Positions 43,835-53,165 of a stretch of DNA of 64,000 nt are shown here, piece by piece; positions within the stretch are counted from its first letter, which is position 1; each line of letters opens with the position of its first letter. Under the pieces are notes generated by a model, which was not told the DNA's origin, did no database searches, and worked only from the letters and a program-made list of their open reading frames with translations. Source of the stretch: Candidatus Hydrogenedentota bacterium. GTDB lineage: Bacteria > Hydrogenedentota > Hydrogenedentia > Hydrogenedentales > SLHB01. Made by a program: the position numbers and the translations under genes. The stretch covers positions 96,001 through 160,000 of the forward strand of contig CAVUWV010000027.1 in assembly GCA_963745075.1 (NCBI GenBank). The letters are read 5' to 3'.

Positions 43835-46288
43835 ATGCGGATCGGGAAAAAGATTGTGATGGGTAAAGTGGCCGGGATATGCATCGCACTGGCGATGGTC
43901 TCGGTACCGGTTGCTCTTGGAGACACATTTGCGGTGTATCCATCGGGCGTACAACTCGACAATCAGCGCGACGCACAACGCATCGCCGCCGTCGCCACTC
44001 GCGACGACGGTGTCACGCTCGACCGGACATCCGAAGTCACCGTCGCCTTTGCCCAGGATGGTATCGCCGCATGGGACGCCGGGAAAGGCACCTTTACACC
44101 CGTCGCCGACGGCGAAACCACGGCGACCATCACCTATGGCGATCTTTCTGCATCGGTTCCCGTGAAAGTGCAGAACGCAGGCGTCAACCCCTCGCCGAGT
44201 TTTCGCAACGACATTGAACCCGCCATCATGAAAGCGGGCTGCAATACCGGCGCTTGTCACGGCAGCGCCCAAGGCAAGAACGGATTCCGGGTGTCCTTGT
44301 TCGGATTCGATCCTTCCATGGACTACATCAATCTGACGCGTGACAACCGCGCCCGCCGTCTCGATGCGGGCAACCCCGACGACAGCCTGATGTTGCGGAA
44401 GGCAACGGGCGACGTCGACCACGAAGGCGGTTCGCGCTTCAACCACGACAGCCCCTTGTACGCGACGATTCAACGCTGGATCGCCGAAGGGGCAAAGGAT
44501 GACGACGGCCCCCCCCCCGCCTTGACGGGTGTCGAGATCCTGCCCAAGTTGTCCGTGCTCGAAGGCAACGGCGCGCAGCAACGCTGCGTAGTGCGCGCGA
44601 CGTACTCGGACGGCACCGATCGCGACGTGACCAGCCTCGCGATCATGAGTTCCAGCGACGACTTGACCGTCGGGTTCGATTCCGACACCCAGGTCGCCAC
44701 CGCCGGCGATCGCGGCGAAGCGTACATCATGGCCCGCTTCGGCACCTTCGCGGTGGTGTCGCAGGTCATCGTGCTCCCGCAAGGCCTCACGATGGAATGG
44801 CCCTCAGACGCTGTCGCCGCAAATTACGTCGACGAAATGATCTTCGACAAGCTCAAGAAGCTGCGAATCCCGCCGGCGATCCGGTGTTCCGATGAAGTAT
44901 TTGTCCGGCGGGTATATCTGGATATTCTGGGCGCCTTGCCTACCATTGAAGAAACCCAAAGTTTTCTCGCGGACCAGAATGCGGACAAACGGGTACAGTT
45001 GGTGGACACACTCTTACAACGTCCGGAATTCACCGAGTTGTGGTCCATGAAATGGGCCGACTTGCTGCGGGTTCAGTCATCGGCTAACGTGATCGATCGC
45101 AAGGCCTTGTACCGTTACAACGATTGGCTTCGCCAATCCTTTACGCAAAACAAGCCTCTGGACCAACTGGTGCGCGAACTCCTGACGGCCCAGGGCGGAA
45201 ATTTCACGGCGCCGGCCACGAACTTCTACGTGGCCGAGCGCGATCCGAAGCAGATGGCCGAAAACGTCGCGCAGGTCTTTCTCGGAATCCAGATCAAATG
45301 CGCGCAATGCCACAATCATCCATTCGAACGTTGGACCATGGACGACTACTACTCGTTCGCAGCATTCTTTGCCCAAGTCGGTCAGAAGGGTTCGACGGAC
45401 CCGCGCGAGAAGATTACCTACGACAGCCGTTCCGGCGAAGTAAAGAACATCAAGAACGGCCAGGTCGCGCCGCCCAAGTTTCTCGGCGGGCCGGTTCCCG
45501 ACGTGAACGGCAAAGATCGTCGCGCCGTGTTGGCGGACTGGATCACGTCTCCGGACAACCCGTGGTTTGCGGCGTGTGTGGCCAACCGGGTCTGGGAACA
45601 GTTCTTGGGTAAGGGCATCACGGACCCGCCGGATGACGTGCGCGTGACCAACCCGCCCAGCCATCCGGAACTGCAAGCCATGCTGGCGTCGAAACTGAAA
45701 GAGTATAACTACGACCTCCGAAAGTTGGTGCGGGATATCTGCACGTCGTACACCTACCAGATGTCCACACAACCGCGCGATCCGAATATCAAAGACGACC
45801 GGAACTTCTCCCACGCGCTGGTCCGTCGTCTTCCGGCCGAAATTCTGCTCGACGCGATCAGCCAAGTTACCCTGACCAAGGTCAAGTTCCCGAGTCTGCC
45901 CCTCGGCGCCCGGGCCGTGGAAGTGGCCGACGGACCGTCCGGCAATTACTTCCTGTCGCTGTTTGGGCGTCCGGCGCGCGACACGGTATGCACCTGCGAA
46001 CGGCGAAGCGAGCCCACGCTGGCCCAAGTGCTCCATCTTGTCAACGGCGATACCGTCCAGGCCGCCCTCAAGTCGCAATCGGGTCGCCTCGAACAGTTGG
46101 CTGCCGCCGAGACGTCTCCGGAAGATGCCATCAACCAGGTCTGGCTGGCGGCGTACTCCCGTCAGCCAACCGATGACGAGAAGCAGAAAGTCGAAACGTA
46201 CATTGCGTCCGCGGACGACAAACGGGCGGCATTGGAAGACACATTCTGGAGCGTGCTGAATTCCAAGGAATTTATCTTCAATCACTAA
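43835..46288 (+). CDS. DUF1549/DUF1553 protein with Ig-like domains
   Basis: GCNTGACHG, FVRRVYLD, W.DLLR, CAQCHNHPFERWT, ANRVW, NPPSHPEL and LNSKEFIFNH. Confidence 0.92.
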   Translation: MRIGKKIVMGKVAGICIALAMVSVPVALGDTFAVYPSGVQLDNQRDAQRIAAVATRDDGVTLDRTSEVTVAFAQDGIAAWDAGKGTFTPVADGETTATITYGDLSASVPVKVQNAGVNPSPSFRNDIEPAIMKAGCNTGACHGSAQGKNGFRVSLFGFDPSMDYINLTRDNRARRLDAGNPDDSLMLRKATGDVDHEGGSRFNHDSPLYATIQRWIAEGAKDDDGPPPALTGVEILPKLSVLEGNGAQQRCVVRATYSDGTDRDVTSLAIMSSSDDLTVGFDSDTQVATAGDRGEAYIMARFGTFAVVSQVIVLPQGLTMEWPSDAVAANYVDEMIFDKLKKLRIPPAIRCSDEVFVRRVYLDILGALPTIEETQSFLADQNADKRVQLVDTLLQRPEFTELWSMKWADLLRVQSSANVIDRKALYRYNDWLRQSFTQNKPLDQLVRELLTAQGGNFTAPATNFYVAERDPKQMAENVAQVFLGIQIKCAQCHNHPFERWTMDDYYSFAAFFAQVGQKGSTDPREKITYDSRSGEVKNIKNGQVAPPKFLGGPVPDVNGKDRRAVLADWITSPDNPWFAACVANRVWEQFLGKGITDPPDDVRVTNPPSHPELQAMLASKLKEYNYDLRKLVRDICTSYTYQMSTQPRDPNIKDDRNFSHALVRRLPAEILLDAISQVTLTKVKFPSLPLGARAVEVADGPSGNYFLSLFGRPARDTVCTCERRSEPTLAQVLHLVNGDTVQAALKSQSGRLEQLAAAETSPEDAINQVWLAAYSRQPTDDEKQKVETYIASADDKRAALEDTFWSVLNSKEFIFNH

Positions 46289-46328
46289 GTGCGGCACACG
46301 GTGTCCCGAGGCAAGGAGGAATGCATCC

Positions 46329-46844
46329 ATGACTGAGTATCGAAGCCTTCGCGCGCTATTGGCGGCTGCAGTCGTTATCAGCGCGTTTAGCGGTATCGCT
46401 CTGGCCGAAGACGCGCCGGCCCCTGCCGCGCCGCCCGCAGAAGCGGCGCCGGCGCCCGCGCCGCCACCTGCCGAAGCGCCACCGGATCCCGCCGCGCAGG
46501 CCGACAAGGTGCTCGACGAACTCGCCAAGATCGGTCCGGATGCCCTGGCCGCTCGCTTGACCGGTTTGAAGGATGAGATGGCCAAGTTGACCGCCGAAGC
46601 GCAGAAGTTGCGGGAACAGGCGAACCAGTTGGAAGCGCAGGCAAATGCGTTGAACGCGCGCATGGCCGCTATGCAGGCATTCACGACGGCCATGGCGCCC
46701 CCTGCACCACCACCCGCGCCGCCTGCCGAACAGAAACCGGCGGAACAACCGCCCGCAGAGAAGCCCGCCGAGCAGCCCGCGCCGGCACCTGCGCCCGCGC
46801 CGGAGGCACCGGCGCCTGCACCTCCCGAACAACCCAAACAGTAG
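46329..46844 (+). CDS. Secreted Pro/Ala-rich coiled-coil protein of unknown function
   Basis: AAGGAGG RBS, signal peptide ending ALA-E, PA-rich arms flanking a heptad coiled coil; operonic position. Confidence 0.7.
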   Translation: MTEYRSLRALLAAAVVISAFSGIALAEDAPAPAAPPAEAAPAPAPPPAEAPPDPAAQADKVLDELAKIGPDALAARLTGLKDEMAKLTAEAQKLREQANQLEAQANALNARMAAMQAFTTAMAPPAPPPAPPAEQKPAEQPPAEKPAEQPAPAPAPAPEAPAPAPPEQPKQ

Positions 46845-46852
46845 GGGACGCA

Positions 46853-48694
46853 ATGACCATGAATCGACAAGTTCATATCTCCCGTGAGCGCGTAGCCCGG
46901 GTTTTACGACTGCGTGGCGCCCGTGCCGTGTGTCACTGGATCCTGGTCGGGGCGTTAACCTTCGGAATTGGGAGCGTTCCCGTGTATTCCGACCCGCCCG
47001 CACCGGAGGTCATCGATGCGGCAGTTGACAAGCTTCTCACCCTGGATCCCGCTGTGGTGAAGAGCCGCATGGATGAGTACAAGAAGCAATCCGAAAAACT
47101 CGCGGGTGACGCGGCCAAACTCAAACAGCAGGCCGAAGAATTGGACAAGAAAGCACAGGGTATCGCCGCGCAGCTCGAACAACTTAAGGCGGCGTCCGCG
47201 GCCTTGAATGCAGCCTTCGGCGGCGCAGAGGAAAAGGCAATGGCGAAAGCGGAGGTCCCGGCGCCCGCCCCCGCAGAGCCCGCAATGGAAATGAAAGAAG
47301 AAGCGGCGGCCAAACCGGCCGTGAATTACCAGGACAACATCCTGCCGATTCTTAAACAGCGGTGCGCCAAGTGCCACAACCTGGACAAGCGTCGTAGCGG
47401 CCTCGCCGTCGATACGTACGCGAACCTCATGGAAGGCGGCAGCTCCGGCGCCGTGATTACGCCCGGACAGCCCAGTGAAAGTCGCTTGTTCAAGCTGGTG
47501 AGCTGGCTCGAGGAGCCGAATATGCCGCCGTCCGGCGACCAATTGACGGCCGACCAACTTACCCTCATCGAGAAATGGATTGAACTCGGCGCACCGGCGG
47601 ATGCAAACGCTAAGGTCGCCATGAAAAAACAGGAAGAGCCGAAAGAGGACGCGGCAATCTTCGTCGCGGCGGAAATCGTTGATGGTCCGCCGCCCATGCC
47701 CGAAGCGCAACTGGCCGCACCGGCTCCCGAATTCGCCAAGTCGGTCGTTGCCCGGGCGGTAGCCACCAGCCCGCGCGCACCGCTGGCTGCCGTTGCAGGG
47801 TACCATCAGGTCCTCTTGTACGACCTCTCGAACTTCGCCTTGCTCGGCGCGCTTCCATTCCCGGAAGGTGACATCTACGCGATGACCTTCAGCGTGAACG
47901 GCGAAGTCCTCGTGGCCGGTGGCGGGATTGAAGGCGATTCGGGCCGCGTCGCAGTCTGGAACGTGCGCAAGGGTGAACGCGTCGGCACCTACGGCGACGA
48001 GTACGACTCCATCATGGCCGTTGACATCAGCCCCGACCATCGTATGCTTGCCCTTGGTGGGCCAAGCAAGGTGGTGAAGGTGTACTCCGTCGAGGATGGC
48101 TCGTTGCTGTACCGTCTGACCGACCATACCGACTGGATCTACGCGGTGAAATTCAGCCCCGATGGTGAACTGCTCGCGACTGCGGATCGTAGCGGCGGAT
48201 TATTGCTTTGGCAAGCCGCCAACGGACGCGCGGTGGAGGCATTGCGCGGCCACACCGATGCCATCCAGGATCTCGCGTACAGCGCCGATTCCACGTTGCT
48301 GGCGTCCGCGAGCAGCGATGGAACCGTGCGCCTTTGGGATACGTGGAAGTACAAGCAGATTCGATCCTTCAACGCCCACAGCGGTGGCGTATTGAGCGTC
48401 GACTTCAGCGCCAACAATGAACTCGTGACTACCGGCGTCGATAAACTAACCAAGCGTTGGAACACCTCCGGCAAAGAGTTGGCCAAATACCAGCCCTTGC
48501 ACGATTGGGGATACACGGCGCGGTTCGGCGCACAAGGGTCGCTGGTGTTGGCCGGTAGCTGGACCGGCCGCATCGCCGTCTGGGACGTGGCATCCGGCAA
48601 CCAGGTGGCCGAAGTGTATACCGCCCCGGCAACCGGCGATGGCAGCACGAAAGTTGCCGCAGCCGACAAACCCGCCGAATCCCCCGGCGCGTAA
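46853..48694 (+). CDS. Planctomycete-type cytochrome c plus WD40-repeat protein with N-terminal coiled coil
   Basis: ILPILKQRCAKCHN...GG.SG...PG...S.L...MPP..WI..GA, then WD repeats (HTDWIYAVKFSPDG, GHTDAIQDLAYS..VRLWD). Confidence 0.88.
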   Translation: MTMNRQVHISRERVARVLRLRGARAVCHWILVGALTFGIGSVPVYSDPPAPEVIDAAVDKLLTLDPAVVKSRMDEYKKQSEKLAGDAAKLKQQAEELDKKAQGIAAQLEQLKAASAALNAAFGGAEEKAMAKAEVPAPAPAEPAMEMKEEAAAKPAVNYQDNILPILKQRCAKCHNLDKRRSGLAVDTYANLMEGGSSGAVITPGQPSESRLFKLVSWLEEPNMPPSGDQLTADQLTLIEKWIELGAPADANAKVAMKKQEEPKEDAAIFVAAEIVDGPPPMPEAQLAAPAPEFAKSVVARAVATSPRAPLAAVAGYHQVLLYDLSNFALLGALPFPEGDIYAMTFSVNGEVLVAGGGIEGDSGRVAVWNVRKGERVGTYGDEYDSIMAVDISPDHRMLALGGPSKVVKVYSVEDGSLLYRLTDHTDWIYAVKFSPDGELLATADRSGGLLLWQAANGRAVEALRGHTDAIQDLAYSADSTLLASASSDGTVRLWDTWKYKQIRSFNAHSGGVLSVDFSANNELVTTGVDKLTKRWNTSGKELAKYQPLHDWGYTARFGAQGSLVLAGSWTGRIAVWDVASGNQVAEVYTAPATGDGSTKVAAADKPAESPGA

Positions 48695-48717
48695 CGGCGA
48701 CTGCAAGACTCGTTTGA

Positions 48718-48757
48718 GCGGGGCACTCCATCGCGAGTCGCCCCGCCCGTTGCTTTT
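48718..48757 (+). terminator. Probable intrinsic terminator of the DUF1501 operon
   Basis: Stem GCGGGGC-ACTC/GAGT-C-GCCCCGC followed by TTGCTTTT. Confidence 0.5.
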
Positions 48758-48842
48758 GTGTTCTGCAAACGAGACGTGAGACGACTCTTGATCAAGAACG
48801 TCGTTCGGACCGTATCTCAGGCCGGCTCCCACGTCCTCGCAT

Positions 48843-48887
48843 GTTTCTTCAGTCCCTGATGTCCCTGTTGTCTCTGTTGTCCCTTTT
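48843..48887 (+). repeat. Degenerate 9-bp tandem repeat (GTCCCTGTT-like, 4-5 copies)
   Basis: gtttcttca gtccctgat gtccctgtt gtctctgtt gtccctttt. Confidence 0.65.
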
Positions 48888-48984
48888 TCTCTCGAATGAT
48901 CCTTCCCACCAGTCACCAAATCTCGTCCGGTGCCGTTAATCGAGTAGAGTGGTTGGTGCGACCCACGATGAGGAGCCTTGAACG

Positions 48985-51900
48985 ATGTCACCATCCGACG
49001 CAATGCTGATGGACCGTTGGCGCCGCCGATCCGACGCTGAAGCATTTGCCGAGATCGTAGGACGGCACGTCGGCATGGTCTACGGCACCTGCCGGCGCTT
49101 GCTCGGCGACAGCGAGGCCGAAGACGTGGTCCAGGAATGTTTTATCAAACTGAGCCAATCGGAACTGCGCCACGGTCAGGCGATCGGAGGTTGGTTGCAC
49201 CGGGTCGCGACGAATGCGTGCCTCGACCGACTGCGCGCGACGCAACGGCGCCAGCAGCGCGAAGAGGCCTTCGCCACGCGACCCCGCCAGAGCGAAATCA
49301 GTTGGGACGACCTCCAGGAGCACGTCGACGAGGCCGTAGCGGCATTGCCGGACGATCTGCGGTTGCCCATCATCTACCACTTTCTCGAAGGCCGCACGCA
49401 TCAGGACGTGGCGCGCGACTCTCGGCATGACGCGTTCCGGCGTGACCCGCCGCATCCAGCGCGGAATCGAGGCCATTCGCACAACACTCAAACAGCGCGG
49501 CGTCATCACTGGGTTCGGCGACGCTTGCCGGCCTGCTTGCCGCGAACGCCGCCGAAGCTGCGCCCGCCGCGACTACTGCGGCGCTCGCTAAGCTTGCCCT
49601 GGCCGGGACGGGTGCGAAAATCGCCGTGGCAGGCGCGGGATGGACAAGTCTCGTGGGTGGTAAAACCGTTGTAGCGGTGGCGACGCTGGCGCTGGCGGTT
49701 GGTGTTGGCACTTGGTACGTCGCCAACCGAATGCCAACCGCTGCGACCACGAATTCGACGAACGACACGTCGACGCCGCCTGCGGCCCCGGAGCGGCTCG
49801 CCCAAGCGGATGGTGAGCCCGCCTCCGAAGTGTCCAAGGATGAAGAGCCGGGCATACACGGAGTTGTGCTGAGCGCAGGCGGCTATCCGCGGCCGGACAT
49901 CCAGTTTCTCAGGAACTACCCGGACGATCTTTGGCACGGTCCGCAGTCCGACGTGAATGGGCGGTTCACCCTGCCCTTGGACGCGGCCGGGACCAAGTGG
50001 GTGGCCTACTCGCATGTCTTCAACCGGGCGGCGCTCTTCACCGTGCCGCAAACAACACAGGACAAACCATTTCAAGTAATCCTCGAATATGACGTTTCGC
50101 GCTTCTATGGCCGCGTGGTCGATACGACGGGCAAAGGGGTGCCGTTGACTCACGTCGAAGTATGCGCCACGACGACCGCCGGCGAGCAATACGGTTTGGG
50201 ACTTTACCCAGCGGACATGAATGGCTATTACCAGACCTCAGACCTTCCGGTTGGGGAAGGTCTTATTCTTGAAACGCGCGTCGTGCCCCCCGGTGAGGAA
50301 TCCCCGGGTGAATGGTCGAAACCGACTGTACTGACGGATCCGCCACACCGTCTCATACTGCCGACCTTAACCGTTTCCGAAACGACGGCGCAGAACATTC
50401 TCAAAAACCAGAAACTCGAAGGTCATCGTAAACAAATGATGAGCGACCTGTTGGGCCATCCAAGTTCCGACCAATATGGAGGGGTTATCCAGGACCCCGA
50501 GCGCAACCCGGTCGTTGGCGCTATGGTTGAGGTCATGTACCACCTGCGAGAAGGATTTGTGGAATCCGCGTATGCGGCAACGGACGAAGAAGGCCGTTGG
50601 AGTGTTTGGTTGCCCGCGAACCTCAGTCAAGCTGACTTGCGGATCCAACACGCGGATTATGTCGGGTCCGTGCTTGCCAGGCCCTTCGAGAGCCCGCCCC
50701 TCGAACGGATGAAGGATGGAACGGCCGTTACCACCTTGGCACATGGTCTATCGGTATTTGGTTCCGTCCGCGACAGCGCAGGCGATCCCGTCGGAGATGC
50801 GCTTATCCTACCCCATACCTTATACGGATCGAACGCAGGCGGGCCCGAGCCCACCGCGAACGCCCCGATCGAGGACCGGTACAGTGTCCGAACCAAAGTA
50901 GACGGAACGTTCACGGTCACCGGATTGCCCGAAGGCGAGCGGAAGCTGCAAATCTGCGCGAACGGGTTCGCGCCGTGCATTCAGGCACTCGATGTTCAGC
51001 CCAATACGCCGCCCATCGACGTCGAACTGAATGAAGGCGGCACAATCGTTGGCCGTATTGTCGATATGGGTGGCGAACCGCTGCCAGGGGCTTACGTCTA
51101 CGGTTCGGAATGGCGAATGGACCGGCAATATAGGTTCTCGGCGCACGCGCATGCGGACGGTGAGGGCCGCTTTGTTCTACGTCACGTGCCGTTGGCAGGT
51201 ATCATCGAGTTCTCGTTCGGCGTGGATCGCGAGAGCACCGATCGCAAGTTCCTTGGCATGTCGAGCGACGTGCTCGTTCCGCGTGAAGAGCCCTACAACA
51301 TCGTGATGTATGAGCCGCCCCTCTTCGAAGGCACGGTGCTCGACGATGCCACCGGCGAGCCGGTCACCAAATATCGTGTCAGAACCGGATGGTACATACC
51401 GGACATGGACATCAATTATTGGAACAGCATGGGACGCACCAACGACATCAACGATGAGAAAGGGCAGTTCTCCGTGCGCGTGAGCGGATTTCATGCGAAC
51501 TGGCCCAGCGCAACGCCGTTCGTGGCCGGCATTTTCGCGGATGGCTATCTCCCGGCCGTCACTCCTACTCAGAGGCTGGGGGAGAAGGCCGAACCTGCCG
51601 AGATTCGCCTCACACGCGGCGAGCCATGGACCGGCACCGTACGCCACGCGGACGGGACGCCCGCGACCGGCGCGAAAGTCGCCTGGCTCGGCCATGGTCG
51701 GAAGGCATTTATCGTGAACGGCCAAATGGAGTCGCGGTACGTCGCCGCCGCCGACGTGATGGACGATACCGATTCCCAGGGCCGCTTCGAGCTTCCTCCG
51801 GCTCTGGGGCCCGCATTCGTGCTTGCCACGCACGCCGATGGCTACGCCTGGGCCACTTCGGATGCATTGCGGCGCGGCGATGCGCTCACACTCATCCCTT

Positions 51901-52979
51901 GGGCCCGAGTCAAAGGCACCGTCCAACGCGGTGGACAACCCTTGTCCGATGGCGGTATCAGCGGCGAAGTGTTGACCCTCGAAGACGATGCCGTCCAGCC
52001 GCCGGTGCAGTGGATGCTCAACACCGTCACGCACGTGGACGGCAGCTACGAATTTGATTTCCTGCCTGCGCAACCAATCCGCATTGGCTACATGGTCATT
52101 GGCGACCGCCACGCCGAAATGTCGCATACGGGTCTGATCGAGCCGAAACCCGGTGAAGCTTGTACTCTCGACCTCGGTGTGGCCGGCAGCACCGCCGAGG
52201 GCCATATTGATCCCCGCAACGTCGACGCTTTAACCGCCTTTCGCGAAGCGGTTGAGCAGAAGGTCGTCATCGCCGTCGCCGAACGACTCCCCGGCGATGA
52301 CAAGCAGCTTCCCGAGGCCTACCACGAGGAGTACGTACCGACGCTGCAACCCGACGGTACAATTCAGCTCGATGGCCTCCGTCCCGGAAGGTATCACTTG
52401 CGCCTCGAGGTGCGCACACCGTCCCCCGACATGACCTGCGGTGTCGGCAGAGCGCGTTGGACGGGAGAACAAGATTTTCAAGTGCCGGCGAACGTGTCGA
52501 AGGCACTATCGATACCCCCTATCCAACTCGAAGCAGCGTCCGTCCCTTTGGCTGGCGACACCGCGCCCGACCTGCGCGCATGGACTTTCGGCAAAGAGGA
52601 GTTCGACTTGGCAAAACTGCGCGGCCACTGGGTCTTGCTCGACTTTTGGGCCATGTGGTGCCCGCCCTGCCGCAACGGACTGCTGCGGCTCAAACCACTA
52701 TGGGAACGGTTCGGCGCAACCGGCAAAGTCGCAATTGTCGGGGTGAACTTCGACCGGGAAACCGAAGCGGCCGAGCAGTACATCCAGGAACAACATCTTG
52801 GGTGGAAGCAAATCGGCGCCGAAGGCTGGGGCCCGGAGAACGTCATCATCGGCGACTGGGGTCTTACGGCCATCCCGTCCCTCTGGCTCATCGGTCCGGA
52901 CGGCACCGTCGTCGCCCGCGACCTCGACTTAGCCGGAGCGGAAGTGGCTTTGGAAACCGCCATCGGAAACACAAACTAA
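48985..52979 (+). CDS. ECF sigma factor fused to a TM helix, carboxypeptidase-regulatory-like repeats and a TlpA-like thioredoxin; two frameshifts (about 1330 aa reconstructed)
   Basis: Region 2 AEDVVQECF..WLHRVATN; region 4 continues as TLGMTRSGVTRRIQRG after a +1 shift near 49417; a second +1 shift near 49514 gives an Ala-rich linker in frame with the 49626 ORF; C-terminal LLDFWAMWCPPC. Confidence 0.78.
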
Positions 52980-53165
52980 CCTAACGTATCTCCAACCAGC
53001 AGACTCGGCCCCGTACTGCCGCGCTTGCCAAGCGCGGCATCTCACGTGGCTTGGGCATCCCTGCCCAAGGTCTCTGCGGCGCCGCCCAATCATGTACCAT
53101 ATCCAAACCAGAAGATTGTCTCAGTCGCCAGCTTCGTTTCAGCACTTTCATGGGGGAGATCGTTC

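Noticed and set aside
46410..46835. GC-rich repeated DNA considered as a mobile or repeat element
   Set aside because: Explained by Pro/Ala/Glu low-complexity coding sequence
45077..46876. 599-aa Gly/Ala-rich minus-strand ORF
   Set aside because: Mirror of the DUF1553 gene and the Pro/Ala-rich gene
48843..48887. Tandem repeats considered as a CRISPR array
   Set aside because: 9-bp units with no spacers, and no cas genes in the window
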